64,000 nt of DNA, taken from Eledone cirrhosa. Taxonomy: Eukaryota. Of this stretch, positions 1 through 13,502 are shown piece after piece. Position 1 is the first letter of the stretch, and every line of letters starts with the position of its first letter. The notes under the pieces were generated by a model, which was not told the DNA's origin, ran no database searches, and worked only from the letters and a program-made list of their open reading frames with translations. The stretch lies in NCBI GenBank assembly GCA_964016885.1, contig OZ024740.1, positions 227,354,001 through 227,418,000 on the forward strand, read 5' to 3'. The translations under genes and the position numbers were made by a program.

Positions 1-357
1 ATCTGTTGAACGATCACATGTTCTTTTACATCTGTGAAATTTTAAGTAATGTAAATCTAAGATAAAAATTCTTAATACAAATTTTTAACCTCCACGTTAA
101 TAAGTAAACAACAGTATCTATTAAACTAAATCAATCCCATTATTTTATTTAGCCCTATGTATATATGGACATGTATCCTACATTTTAGAATAAGGCCACC
201 ATTTCTCTGCTTGTCATAAGAAAATACTAGTACTGGTGTCAGGAAGGCATCCAGTCATAGAGAGCTTGCCAAACATAGGGTTGGGGGCCCTTTCAGTTGT
301 ATCAAAGACATGACAACCTCTCCTATGCACTCAGTAGAATGTGAAACCGTACATAAG

Positions 358-1178
358 CAACATCTCTCCACTTGTCACGGTCCTTCGTCATCTCCACCAT
401 GAGCTTCAGCGATCTGAGGTCTGCTCTAACCACCTCCGCCCATGTTTTCATGGTCTTCCTCTACTACGTCTTCCTTCAACTGGCATTTCTTGGCACTTCT
501 TCAACCATCGGTCATACTCCATGCACATCACATGTCCATACCATCGCAGTCTTCTCTCCCGCACACTACATTCTATCCCTCTCAAACACAGTTTCTCTCT
601 CAACACATCCATGCTTGGTCGTTCATGCACATTGACATTGCACATCCAACGGAGCATGCTTGCCTCATTTCTCTCCAGCCGTTGCATATCCTCTGCAGTT
701 GCTGCCCATGTCTCACTGCCATGCAGCATTGCGCTCCTCACACAGGCATCATATAACTGTCCTTTCGTATGCAGGGAGAAACCCTTCTTTGTCAACAGAG
801 GAAGCAGCTCCCTAAGCTTCTTCCAACCCGTCCTTATTCTAGATACTATGGCCTTGGAACACCCCCTCCCATGCTAATCTGATCACCTAGGTACTGGAAG
901 CTATCAACCACTTCTATAGCACCCACCTGCATTTGAAAAATGTGTCTATCAATGCAACTTCTACTGTCTAATTTCCCTGTACATCTACTGCATACGTATT
1001 TCTCCCTACCTGTTAGTTTGCCTGCTATCCCACTACATCTCTTATGTACCCAAGATCCGCATTGTGTACATTTTATAGAATTTATGCCAGTTTCTTTTCT
1101 GCATATCGAACATGGTCATTTCCCTGACAGAATCAGAGTTTTGTCCTCTTTTCTACTCATTAACACTTTTGTCTTAGC
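358..1178 (-). mobile_element. RTE-clade LINE fragment (post-RT Cys-rich region and C-terminus), truncated at both ends
   Basis: Close copy of ~4207-5031. ORF 448..795(-) KGQLYDACVRSAMLHGSETW...LRWYGHVM...GRRSRGRP is a typical RTE C-terminus. Confidence 0.9.
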
Positions 1179-1217
1179 TATATATATATATTATGAAATA
1201 CTGTTGGCTACACTTTC

Positions 1218-1272
<55 letters not shown>

Positions 1273-1317
1273 ACTCATCCCACCTTTGCAAGGAAAAGCA
1301 GATGTAAAATGATGATG

Positions 1318-1392
<75 letters not shown>

Positions 1393-1530
1393 GAAAGTGT
1401 AGAAATTATTGTGAGCGTGAAGCCAACAGTTTTTCATAATATATATATATTATGAAATATATATGTTATATATATATTTCATAATATATGTATATTATGA
1501 AATATATATGTTATATATATATATATTATG

Positions 1531-1598
<68 letters not shown>

Positions 1599-2320
1599 AC
1601 TCATTTTATAACATGTTATCTATGTGCAACCTGCAGTATTCTTCTCCCCATTTTTTCACATATATTTACCTAAACTGCGATTCTGTTTTTCTCTCTCTCT
1701 CTCTTACTGCTCCCTCGTTCTCTCTGTTTCTCTTACTTTCTTTCGCCCCCTCTGTCATGTCAGTTAACACTTTCTCTCTACTGACCTCTTCCTCACACTT
1801 TCACTCACTCACTCACTGTTTCTCCCCTTCTCACTTCACCCCGTTCGCGACGAAAACAAATTCCTTCTTTCTTACATTTGGATTCATCTCGAAAGGTCTT
1901 TTTTCTACGCGCTCATATATTCACCCAGCTTATGCTGACAGAATAACTATGTAGTTTGTGCCCTTCCTATCTACGGTTAGCTTTCCTCTTTGTTGTTTAC
2001 TTGTCTCACTCGCTTTACGCGTTTTAATTGTCCTAATAACTTAATTTAGTTATTATTGCACCAACGTGAGGTATATGATTTTTAATGCAATGAAATATCT
2101 ATGATCGTTGGCAAATCACTGATGAGGGACTCATTTTATAACATGTTATCCATGTGCAACCTGCAGTATTCTTCTCCCCATTTTTTCACACACACACACA
2201 CACACACACGCACACACACACACATACATATATATATATATGTAGACATATATGAATTATATATATATATTATATATAATATATATATATAATTCATATA
2301 TGTCTACATATATATATATT

Positions 2321-2646
2321 GGGAGGCACATGGCTTAGTGGTTAGAGCATTGGCCTTGCAATCGAAAGGTTGTGAGTTCAATTCTCAGACCGGGTGATGT
2401 GTTGTTTCCTTGAGCAAGACGTTTTATTTCACATTGCTCCAGTTTACTCAGCTGATAGGGACTGGGGTCCATATCATTCCACTGCAAAGTGGTCGTGGAG
2501 GTGCCACGTCAAAAAAAAGCACCCACCACTCACTGTAAATGAGGTTGGTGTTAGGAAGGACATCCACCTGTAGAAATCAAGCCAGAATCAGTTCCCGTCC
2601 AACCCTTGCAAGCAGGGAAAAGCAGACGTAAAATGATGATGATGAT
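2321..2646 (+). mobile_element. tRNA-derived SINE with RTE-derived 3' tail (family A)
   Basis: A-box tggcttagtgg, B-box-like gagttcaattc and tail cccttgcaagcagggaaaagcagacgtaaaa(tga)n. Confidence 0.85.
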
Positions 2647-3655
2647 ATATATGAAGAGGACCGATCCCACCTTTGCAAGGAAAAGCGTATGTAAAATGAT
2701 GATGATATATACATATATATATATATATATATCATAATCATTATCATCATCACCATTTAACATCAATTTTTCCATGCTGGCATGGATTAAACTAGTTATC
2801 CTGTTGTGAGCAATGCTATGACAAGTGACCATGTCATGCTCATACAGAACCGATTTTGGCTTGATTCCTACTTCTACAACTGGATGTCCTTCCTAACGCC
2901 AACCTCATTTACAATGAGTACTGGGTGCATTTTGTCGCTGTGCCTACACGACCACTTTACAGTATGGACTACATATATATATATATATATACATTATACA
3001 TATATATAATATATATAAATAAATATATATATATATATGTATATATACACACACACACACACATATATATATACACACATATTTATCAAAATGTTAACAT
3101 GGCCTAGTGGTAAGCTGTCAACTTCCATTAATAATTGATCCAAACCGTGATGCAATTGAATTTTGCTAGAGTGCCACAAGTAATTAAGGCAAATTTCTTT
3201 CTTTTTTTTCCCCATAGAGAAATAACAGCACCGGTAATGATTATGTAAATGAAAATAAGAAACTAATAACAACAAAAGCCTCAAAATGAACAAGAACAGC
3301 ATTGGAAGTGGCTGTAGGGGAGATGATAATGGCCATCAAATTTGCTGTGTAAACATAATTTCTTAGAAAGACCAATTCCACATATGGCTTCATATAATTT
3401 CCCAACTGGAGCATACTGACCATTCTCTTTTATTGAAACACAGAAACTGGTTTTGGAATGACATATAAACAAGTTAGCCAACTGGACAGGATATGGCTGA
3501 ATTAGTTAAAGAAACAAGGAAAAGGAAAGAGGGGGATAGAAGACTAAATTGACATTGATAGATCAAAGAAGTAAATTGCCTAAATACTCAGAATTGTCGC
3601 AGCATGCTCCTTTTCTGTGTGAACAGAGAGAATATAACATGTACACGCTTCAATG

Positions 3656-3688
<33 letters not shown>

Positions 3689-3994
3689 TTCTTTGTATAG
3701 TTATATGCAAATGTAAATATATATATATGTGTATGCGTTTGTGTGTGTGTGTACATACTCTAAATGTGCTTGGATAAACATTCTTTAGAGTTAAGCTGTT
3801 AATATGCTCTAATAAAATATAACATCCATATGCAATTAAATTACATTTCACCATAACCAGTAAACAGACACTGGCATTAGATAGGCAGGCACAGTGTGAT
3901 TATATGCTCATACAATTATATAGAGATGTATTGATAAATGCATGTTAACATGTGTATGAATATATATATATATATATAGATATATAGATAGATA

Positions 3995-4058
3995 CAGGGT
4001 GTCCCAAAAATGTATACACACTTCAACAGCAGATGTGTATACATTTTTTGGACACCCT
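3995..4058. mobile_element. Minimal Tc1/mariner-type MITE (two TIRs with a short spacer)
   Basis: ta|cagggtgtcccaaaaatgtatacaca ... tgtgtatacattttttggacaccct. Confidence 0.7.
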
Positions 4059-4121
4059 CTCTCTCTATATATATACAAAATACACTTATATATATATGTA
4101 TACATACACACAGTCACATGT

Positions 4122-4122
<1 letters not shown>

Positions 4123-4153
<31 letters not shown>

Positions 4154-6112
4154 TTTACGTCCACTTTTCCCTGCTTGCAAGGGTGGGACAGGTCTTATTC
4201 AGCACTGCATCTCTCCACTTGTCACGGTCCTTCGTCATCTGCACTGTGAGCTTCAGTGATCTGAGGTCTGTTCTCACCACCTCCGCCCATGTTTTTCGTG
4301 GTCTACCTCTACCACATCTTCCTTCAACTGGCATTTCCTGGCATTTCTTCACTCATCGGTCATCCTCCATGCGCATCACATGTCCAACCACCTCAGTCTC
4401 CTCTCTCGCACACTACATTCTATCCCTCTCAGACACAGTTTCTCTCTCAACACATTCATGCTGGGTCGATCACGCACATTGACATTGCACATCCAACGGA
4501 GCATGCTTACCTCATTTCTCTCCAGCCGTTGCATATCCTCCACAGTTGCTGCCCATGTCTCACTACCATGCAGCATTGCGCTCCTCACACAGGCATCATA
4601 TAACTGGCCTTTCATATGCAGGGAGAAACCCTTCTTCGTCAGCAGAGGAAGCAGCTCCCTAAATTTCTTCAAACCCATCCTTATTCTAGATACTATGGCC
4701 TCGGAACACCACCTCCCCCTCCAATGCTAATCTGATCACCTAGGTACCGGAAGCTATCAACCACTTCTATAGCACCCACCTGCATTTGAAAAATGTGTCT
4801 ATCAATGTGACTTCTACTGTCTAATTTCCCTGTACATCTACTGCATACGTATTTCTCCCTACCTGTTAGTTTGCCTGCTATCCCTCTACATCTCTTATGT
4901 ACCCAGGATCTGCATTGTGTGCATTTTATAGATTTTATGTCAGTTCTTTTTCTGCCTATCGAACATGGCCATTTCTCTGATGGAATCAGAGTTTTGTCCT
5001 CTTTTCTACTCATCAACACTTTTGTCTTAGCTAGGTTCACTCTCAGTCCTCTTGCTTCCAACTGCTGTTTCCATAGCCAGAATTTATTCTCTAGCTCCTC
5101 TACTGATTCTGCTATATGAACCAGATCGTCAGCATAGAGAAGTTCCCATAGACAGCGCGTCTTAAACTCCTCTGTTATGGCTTGGAGGACTATAATGAAC
5201 AAAAGCGGGCTGAGGACCGAACCTTGATGTACTCCTAGTTGTATCTGGAATTCCTCACTAAACTCCATTCCTACCCTGACTTTACTGACAGTACCTCTGT
5301 ACAAAGTTTGCACTGTCCTCACAAGCCATTCCTCAACACCTAGTTTCCTTAGGGACCACCAGATGACAGATCGGGGTACCCTATCAAAGGCCTTCTCTAG
5401 GTCAACAAAGGCTAAGTATAGTGGCTTATTTTTCTCTAAGAACCTCCCTTGCAATTGTCTCACCAAGAAGAGGGCATCTGTTGTACTCTTCCCAGGCACA
5501 AAACCAAACTGCATCTCATCTAGTTTGACCCTTTCTCTAATTAGTTGTATTAATATCCTTTCTGTCACTTTCATAACCTGATCCATCAGTTTTATACCCC
5601 TATAATTGCTCCTCTCCAGAGCATCCCCTTTACCTTTGTAGCAATTTAAGAGAATACTGCTGCACCTGTCTTTGGGTATGACACCACCATATATAGCATG
5701 ATTGATGATGCATGCAACCAGTTTAGTGCCTACATCCCCTGATGCCTTCAGCATTTCAGCACCTATCCCCGATGGTCCAGCAGCCTTACTATTTTTCATT
5801 TCCTTAATCGACTCTTGGACCCTATATTTGTCAATCTCAATAGCTGGTCCCTCTGTCGGATCTACTGAGAGTAATTTCTCTCTCTCCCATTCGTTCTCCA
5901 CATTCATCAGTCTCTCATAATGACATTTCCAGGCCTCCTTTTTCTGATCATTCATGACACTAAGTACACCGGCAATATTCCGGACACATTTATCTCCAAC
6001 AACATCCTGATATGCATTGACACACTGCCTTTCAATGTGGAATACCGCACGCCTCTGATCTTCCAGTCGCAGAACATTGGCAAACCTCCTACTCTCAGCC
6101 TCCCTGTGCTAA
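4123..6112 (-). mobile_element. 5'-truncated, frameshifted RTE-clade LINE with reverse transcriptase and (ATG)n tail
   Basis: ORF 4693..5955(-) contains NYRGIKL, QFGFVPGKSTTDA, AFVDLEKAFDRVP, GVHQGSVLSPLLF and LLYADD. It continues through frameshifts into 4376..4678 and 4155..4352 (RGRPRKTW). 3' end is ...ggacgtaaaa(tga)n. Confidence 0.95.
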
Positions 6113-6251
6113 GTAGTCGCTGGGTTGAAATTTTGAAATGTATATATATATATATATTGATGTCATCCCACCGTGGGTCAATATATGCATATGTTTTTAT
6201 ATGTCCCTTGTGTTGAAAAGGAGGTCAAGTATGTTATAGATCACTAAATAG

Positions 6252-6300
6252 TTGCTCCGAAGAATCCAAACCTCGGTTTGGAGGAAACAATTGTAAGCAA
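6252..6300 (+). ncRNA. Type-I hammerhead motif with a core substitution (CCGAAGA)
   Basis: Stem I UUGCU/AGCAA, stem II UCCAAACC(UC)GGUUUGGA closed by an A.G mismatch, GAA, stem III ACAAUUGU, A17, then AATAAA. Confidence 0.7.
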
Positions 6301-6713
6301 ATAAATGATTTAAACTGAACTTTGATTATTGTAATCTCTATATATATATACATATCTACTCTAACCATAATTTTCAGTGGCACCACTCCACATAAATTCC
6401 TCAATTTAAGAATGACCTGTAGTATCTATTTCATACTATAAACCCCAATTGAATATATATCTGACCAGGAATGCTTTTTGTGAAAATCAGTCATATGGAA
6501 CTATTGTCATCTTGCCTGACGGTTTGTACTTTACAAAACCACCTGCTTCTTTGAGGTCAAGTACCAACCCTACTACCATCTACAAACTGACCAATGAGAA
6601 TTAAGACTATTCCTGCTGACAACATTAAATTATTCCTAACAAGCTCATATGTCCCAAGGCTCTGATACCATCAACACTATAAACACAGAGCTGGCATATC
6701 TAAGAACTGACTA

Positions 6714-6769
6714 ACTGCCTGATGAGGTCATAGCTATTCAATGGCTATCATCGAAATATATATAGCAGT
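6714..6769 (+). ncRNA. Type-I minimal hammerhead ribozyme, apparently intact
   Basis: Stem I ACUGC/GCAGU, core CUGAUGA, stem II GGU-C-AUAGCUAU(UCA)AUGGCUAU-C-AUC, GAA, stem III AUAUAUAU. Predicted cleavage after A6764, followed by AATAAA. Confidence 0.8.
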
Positions 6770-6810
6770 AAATAAAGGATTATGAGTTCATGTAATTGAC
6801 TTATGTTTCG

Positions 6811-6919
<109 letters not shown>

Positions 6920-7065
6920 GGTTGGTGTTAGGAAGGGCATTGAGCTGTAGAAATCAAGCCACAATCAGTTCCGTATGAGCAAGACATGGTCACCCGACCT
7001 AGCATTGACCACAACAGGACAACCCGTCTAACCCATGCTAGTGTAGAAGAATGGACTTAAAACGG

Positions 7066-7108
<43 letters not shown>

Positions 7109-7698
7109 ATATATATGTAACAATGATTATGATTATGATTATGATGGTGATGATGATGATGATGATGATGAGGAGGAGGAGGAGGAGGAGAAGGGGGAGG
7201 AGGAGGGGGAGGAGGCGGCGGAGGAGGAGAAGAAAGTGGAGATACATCCTCATGCATGTACATTTATTCACACTTACACACACACATACACACACACAAA
7301 TACACACACACACACACACACACAAACAAACAAACAAACACATCTACATACATACATACACACCGAACAAAAATAATTCAACAGTAAGGATTAGTCATTC
7401 TGTGTGGAAGCAGAAGGCGTCAATTAATACTGGTGCCATTATTTTCCACTAACCATATATAATAGCCAACAATTTTGACCACTCATGTTGAAAGATATCA
7501 TTTTCAATAAGCCACTCTATACCAATTGATTTCTAGCAGAACAATTCTTCTAAAATTCTGCAATTATTCAGCTTAGTTAAGACAAGCAGAAGACCTGGAA
7601 TACAAGCTTCTGTATTTTCTGTCTCATCAAGTAATCTTGACTAGATACACATACCCCCACATACATGCACATACATGTATAACATACATACATATATT

Positions 7699-7754
<56 letters not shown>

Positions 7755-7808
7755 TTATTTAATGTCCAAGGGTTGGACCCTACATACATTTATACATGCT
7801 CACATATC

Positions 7809-7840
<32 letters not shown>

Positions 7841-7985
7841 CATACATATATATATATATATACACACATATATATATATACACATATACATACACATACA
7901 CATATATATATATATATATGTATGTATATGTATATATATATATACATATATATATATGTGAGTATGTATATGTGAGCATGTATAA

Positions 7986-8028
<43 letters not shown>

Positions 8029-9554
8029 TGATGAAACTGAGAAAGCAGAAAAGATATTCTTTAAAGGTTAAAACAGGAAATAAATCCTAGAAAAAAATAA
8101 ATATTCTAATTGGAACTGAGTTTCCATGGTGTAATTATTTTGTATGACATGACAGATCCATGTTAAGGCAAAGCCATTAATATCAATTTTTTTTCAACTT
8201 GGGTTTGCATGATTATAGTTGTAAAGTGCTTCATAAAGTACATTCTTGTTAGAGAAGGTGCCAATTTGGAACAGATAATGGCTACTTGATAAATGATGAA
8301 GGTGATAACATCTTTGACAGTGAAAGTAATTGTAGCTGGCCACTACATTATTAACTGAAACCATCACATAATTGACAAAGTTACAGACTTCTATAATGTA
8401 CTTACAAGTACTGGATAGACAAACAGCAAGAGACTCACCATAAAATGCTACTGCCCTCTAATGTCTTTCTACTTTGAAATAATAATAAACACTATGAGAA
8501 CTTGTCAAACTCTCTGTCTCTGCTGGCTTTTGTGTTTTCTGCTCTTCATTTTCTCTTCTTTTTTTCTCATAGAATTAGTTTAAAAAACAAGAAAGCAATG
8601 AGAGAAGGGCAAAAGGTAGTAATTTTAAGTAGCATTTTAAGTTGCATTATATTGACTATCACATTGAATAGTCTGAGTCAGCTGAAGCGCCACTGAAATT
8701 CTAAGAAATCTATCAAAGAAAAATGCCCTGGAAAAGAAATCAATGACAAATTATAATGACGAATTTTCTTATCTTGTGAAATTCTACTTTCTTATAGATC
8801 TTGGGTTTGTATTTTGGCATTTCATTTATCATAAACAATCTAGATAAAAGCTATATTTAAATGTCTGACAGAGCCAGACTCTAATGACTATTCTGCTGCC
8901 CTTTATTTTCTCTAAGAATTAGAAGTAGCTTGTTGATAATTATAGAACGTTTCAGGTGAGACTTTTTAGTAATTACTGATCTAATTTTGATAGTAAGGTA
9001 AATTCCCTGAAACAATTATTACATCAGTGTCACATCTCTGGAACATTTTTATACTGACATGTAGTGAAAACATTTTCATTGACATCATTTTATCCACATC
9101 TTCATGCTGGTATCAGTTGTACAGCCAGAAGCAGGTAACAAAAAGAAACAATATTTCACTCCTCAGGTTGTGTCCATGCTCAGTTATGATGTATTAACTT
9201 GTTTTGTTTAATACTGAAATAAGTATAATACCTCAGATACCATTAATTATTAATTGAGTATATCTTTTGACATTATCTAAAACCAGCACATACCAATGGT
9301 TTCCAATATCTGGTCTGCAAAACCAAAGGGTCTGCAAAAGTAGATCTGTCAGGGGAGGAAGGAAGATCAGTCAATTGTTGAGCTGATCAGCCTTTCAAAG
9401 GCCTGGAACCCAATGGAAAATTCTTTTTAATAAACAGTCCTTGCTAGTGAAAAGCTTAAGAACCACTGCCATACACTATGATGCTAGACAGCTATATCCA
9501 ATACTGCAATCTCCTTACCATCTCCCTGTTGTTTGGATAGTTTATTTAATAATA

Positions 9555-10010
9555 ATAATTGTTTCTACTTTATCTAATAATAATAATAATAATAATTGTT
9601 TCTACTTTTGGCACAAGGCCAGCAATTACCCAGTGCATTACTGGTACTTTATTTTATCGACCCCGTAAGGATGAAAGGCAAAGTCAACCTCGGTGGGATT
9701 TGAACTCAGATCGTAAAGGGACGTAACTATGCTGGAAAGCATGTTGTCCGAACTTCTACCGATACTGCCAAACCACTGCCCTATAATAATTGTTTCTACT
9801 TTTGGCACAAGGCCAGCAATTACAAAGTGCATTACTGGTACTAATCTAAACTATAATAAAGGAAGGTCTGCGGGACTGCGTACGGTTTATTTTTTTTAAT
9901 CCTGTTAGTAAAATAAGTTGGATTACTTTGAATAAATAATTGTTTCTACTTTTGGCACAAGGCCAGCAATTATCCCAGTGTAATACTGGTACTTTATTTT
10001 ATCGACTTTG
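9555..10010 (-). mobile_element. Cluster of head-to-tail SINE family D copies and fragments
   Basis: Repeated aataattgtttctacttttggcacaaggccagcaatt. One full unit at ~9590-9782 carries gagttcaaatcc (B-box) and ttgcctttcatcctt..ggggtcgataaaataaagtacc on the - strand. Confidence 0.8.
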
Positions 10011-10667
10011 AATAAATAATGAATGAATATTACATGATTTATCTACTAAATTTCGTAAAAAAAAAAATAATTTCGTAAAAATAAATGATTTAAAATTGAT
10101 TCTTTTCAAAGTTGCACTTCCAGTATATTGTTGCCACCATCACCACTTCAACTACCATATAAAGAGAGAGTGTGTGATGTCAACACTTCCGGTGGCGATC
10201 ACTTAAATAAACATACTACTTTTCTCTTAATGCAGTTTATATATAATATCGTCTTCTTTTAATGTATCATGGATTACGTTACTGATTACATAAAACAGTG
10301 TAACACAGTCTTCGTTCAATTTCTGTGTATATTGTCAATTACGATTTTATTTGATGTATCATATCTATATGCATATATACTTGCGTATAATATCAATATA
10401 CATACTACACATGCTAGCAGAAAACCACCCGAAGGGTAGTTTTTCTGCTAGTAATAATAATGATAATAGTTTCTGATTTAGGCACAAAGCCAGCAATGTT
10501 GGGGGGAGGGGAAAGTCGATTATATTGACCCAAGTAGTTGACTGGTATCTTATTTTATCAACCCCACGAAGTTGAAAGCAAAATTGCTCTCAGAACATAA
10601 TTAGCTGTAGCTAAATGCTGAAAAACATTTTGTTTAATACTTCAATGATCCCCCAACCCATTCATTA

Positions 10668-10853
10668 ATAATTATTTCTACTTTTGGCACAAGGCCAGCA
10701 ATTGCCCAGTGCATTACTGGTACTTTATTTTATCGACCCCGTAAGGATGAAAGGCAAAGTTAACCTCGGCAGGATTTGAACTCAGAATGGCAAGGGCCGT
10801 AACTATGCATCAAAGCATGGCGTCCGACCCTCTACCAATACTGCCAATCCACT
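10668..10853 (-). mobile_element. SINE family D copy
   Basis: Colinear with 9590-9782. Older relatives lie at ~10455-10660, 11285-11425, 29326-29550 and 44910-45050. Confidence 0.8.
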
Positions 10854-10879
10854 AATGATGCTTAATTGTGTGAAGGGTA

Positions 10880-11286
10880 CAATGGCCAAATGAAAAGTTC
10901 ATAGGCTGACCAAGATGCTCTCATGGAATGACCAAATGAGATTTATTTTTCAACATAGTCCCTGAAAAGAAACAATGCAGTTATTAATAAGAAGAGTTGA
11001 AATGAATACATGTAAGATCACAATTCTAACATCACTCTTTATAGCCAGCCTATGAACTTTTCAGCCCATCCCCATATATATATATATATATGCAAAGGTC
11101 AGCTGAAAAGTTCATAGGATAACCAAGATACTCTCATGGAATGACCAAATGCGGTTTATTTTTTTAAATAGTCCCTGGAAAGAAACAATGCAATTAAGAA
11201 GAGTTGAAATTAATGCATGCAAGATTTCACAGCTCTAACATCGATCTTTCATAGTCAGCCTATGAATCTTTCATCCTACCCTCATA
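10880..11286. mobile_element. Two tandem mariner-type MITE copies (~200 bp each)
   Basis: Each has tgaaaagttcatagg... and ...cagcctatgaa(ct)tttca inverted termini. The copies are separated by (TA)n at ~11074-11090. Confidence 0.75.
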
Positions 11287-11533
11287 AAGTCGATTATATT
11301 TGACTGGTACTTCATTTTATCAACCCAAGAAAAATGAATTTCAAAGTTGACCATGGTAGGATTTGAACTTAGAACTTAAAGAACCACATCAAATACTGCA
11401 AGACATTTTGTTATATGCTCTAATCACTCTATGTTGTTGTTTTACTTTGTTTATTTACTTTTTAGTTTTTAATTTTCTTTCATTTAAAATTTTTGTATTT
11501 TTGTACAAAATATTCATTGTATTTCTATTTCAG

Positions 11534-11907
11534 GTGTTCCTGACCCACCTGTGGATGTAAAAATTGTGAGCTGTCCCAGTGGCAGAGCTGAAATTTCTTG
11601 GAGTCCTGGCAATGATAATGGCTATCGCATTTCAGCATATTTTATTCAATATAATTCTTCCCATAACCCTTCACTTTGGCGCACCTTTGAAGAACCAATC
11701 AGGCAATCGGGGAATGCCTATTATATGATTCTGCGCCCGTGGGGAGAATATTCTATACGCATGCTTGCTGAGAATAAGCTTGGTCTTTCAAAACCTAGTA
11801 TCCCAACAAAGAAAACATGCTCAGCACCATCAAGTCATCCAGATAGAAATCCAAAAGAAGTTTGGACAAGAACAGACCAAACAGGAAAACTTATAATTCA
11901 GTGGACG
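11534..11907 (+). CDS. Nrg: Internal coding exon of a neuroglian/L1CAM-family Ig-FnIII adhesion gene (FnIII-1 and start of FnIII-2)
   Basis: Acceptor tttctatttcag|GT at 11533/11534 (phase 1) and donor ACG|gtaagt at 11907/11908 (phase 0). Reads (G)VPDPPVDVKIVSCPSGRAEISWSPGNDNGYRISAYFIQYN...LRPWGEYSIRMLAENKLGLSKPS...TCSAPSSHPDRNPKEVWTRTDQTGKLIIQWT. FnIII W/Y pattern, N- and C-terminal Cys pair as in neuroglian FnIII-1, and a P..NP linker. Orthology versus paralogy is not resolved. Confidence 0.88.
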
Positions 11908-13502
11908 GTAAGTAAAAGAATCAATTTTTTTTGTTTGAATATTTATCCTTTTATTGTCATATTTCTAATAAGATAGGCTACCTATCTTCTTCATTGCCCA
12001 CTTATTCCTGAGAGGGTCTTGGGGGAAGAGACCACAAACACTCCTTCCAGCTAGTACCTATAATATTTTTATCTGTTTTGTGTATGTGTGTGTATATGTG
12101 TGAAATCCAAACAAGTATCCTCAAGTTCCAACTAACTTACACTCTGCCGTTTTATCCTGGCCAACAGGATGGAGAATACATCGCCTCAGGGGTGGCAGGA
12201 GAGACACAGGAACAACCACTCTACCTCATGGGGCTTGCACTTGTGGGTAGCCAACTCTGCTCTAGTAGCAGTGAGCAAGGATATGATCTGGGGTCCAAGA
12301 ATGCCAGAAGTCTCCACTGCTACAGGCTCTACCACAAACCTAGCAGAGAGCAACAAATATCTGGACAGTTCGCCTTCTTCGACTTGATGGGCAACAAAGC
12401 CAGGGCTGAATAATTAAGTATTCTGGGGAAATTAGTAATGTCCTTATTATCAATTCTTAACATCCTATAATAATTTAAAAGAAGATATCTAAAAGCAGGT
12501 TTGTCAATTCAAATGATTCTAGTATTTTTACTAGTAAGATAGATCATTTGGATATTTGTCGTATGGACGTAAAAAATGTCATTGTTAATATGATACAGTT
12601 ATAGTGCTGTTTTGTATTTTCAAGAATATCTTACTAAGACTGTTTCATGCGATGCAGGATTTAATAGTGAAGCTGTTTGGAATATAAATTTAATAAAATT
12701 TTGATGGGAGGTTTTAGATAAATATACATCTTTATATCAAGCAGTTTGTTATCAATATAAATGTGATATACAAAAATTATAGCCCATAAAGTTTAAGTTA
12801 TATTTTTTGTTTTTCATTTTTTTTTTTAGCCTTTGGAGCTCTCCCCTGCCCCTTTCCCCTGTCTTGTTAGTTTTGCAGTTTCAAAATCTTATATTTCAAA
12901 ATGTTATATTTGTCACTTAAACCTAAAAGAATCAGATTTTATGGGCAAAACCAACGAGCAGTAGACCCAGGAGTAGACCCCAAGCAAGATGGTTGGATAA
13001 CATCCATGAGCTTGGCTGGTCTTGCTTGGGGATCTAGCCAAATCAATTAAAAATGGTTGCTTCTGATAACACCCACTGGAAATATTGTTTGATGACTCTG
13101 CTCCCACACCTCTCTCAGGAATAAGTGGATGAAGATGAAAAGAGAATTAAACCTGAAAAGAAATGATAATAAATGTACCAAATTGGCAAAAATTACAGCA
13201 ATACATTACTTAGGTTAAAGCAATGATATAAGACAATTGCTAATTCATGGAGAAGGCTTTGTAAATAATAGTTATACAGAGAACAGAAGAAATGAATACT
13301 GTAGGATGTAGTCAAACATCATTGATATCAAAATACTGGGTAGGCAGATTCAAAGCACTAACCTCAACAATGTATGTGTCATGTTTAAAAAGCTTTACAG
13401 TTGAAATGTATATCAATTCCTTTAAAATATATTTTGATTTTTCCATTTTGCCCCACTAGAATTGATTTCATGTAGACAAGTACTTCTCCACCAAAAAAGG
13501 TC

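Noticed and set aside
341-877. + strand ORFs over 341-877, 940-1455 and 4033-5920
   Set aside because: Antisense shadows of the RTE LINE coding sequence.
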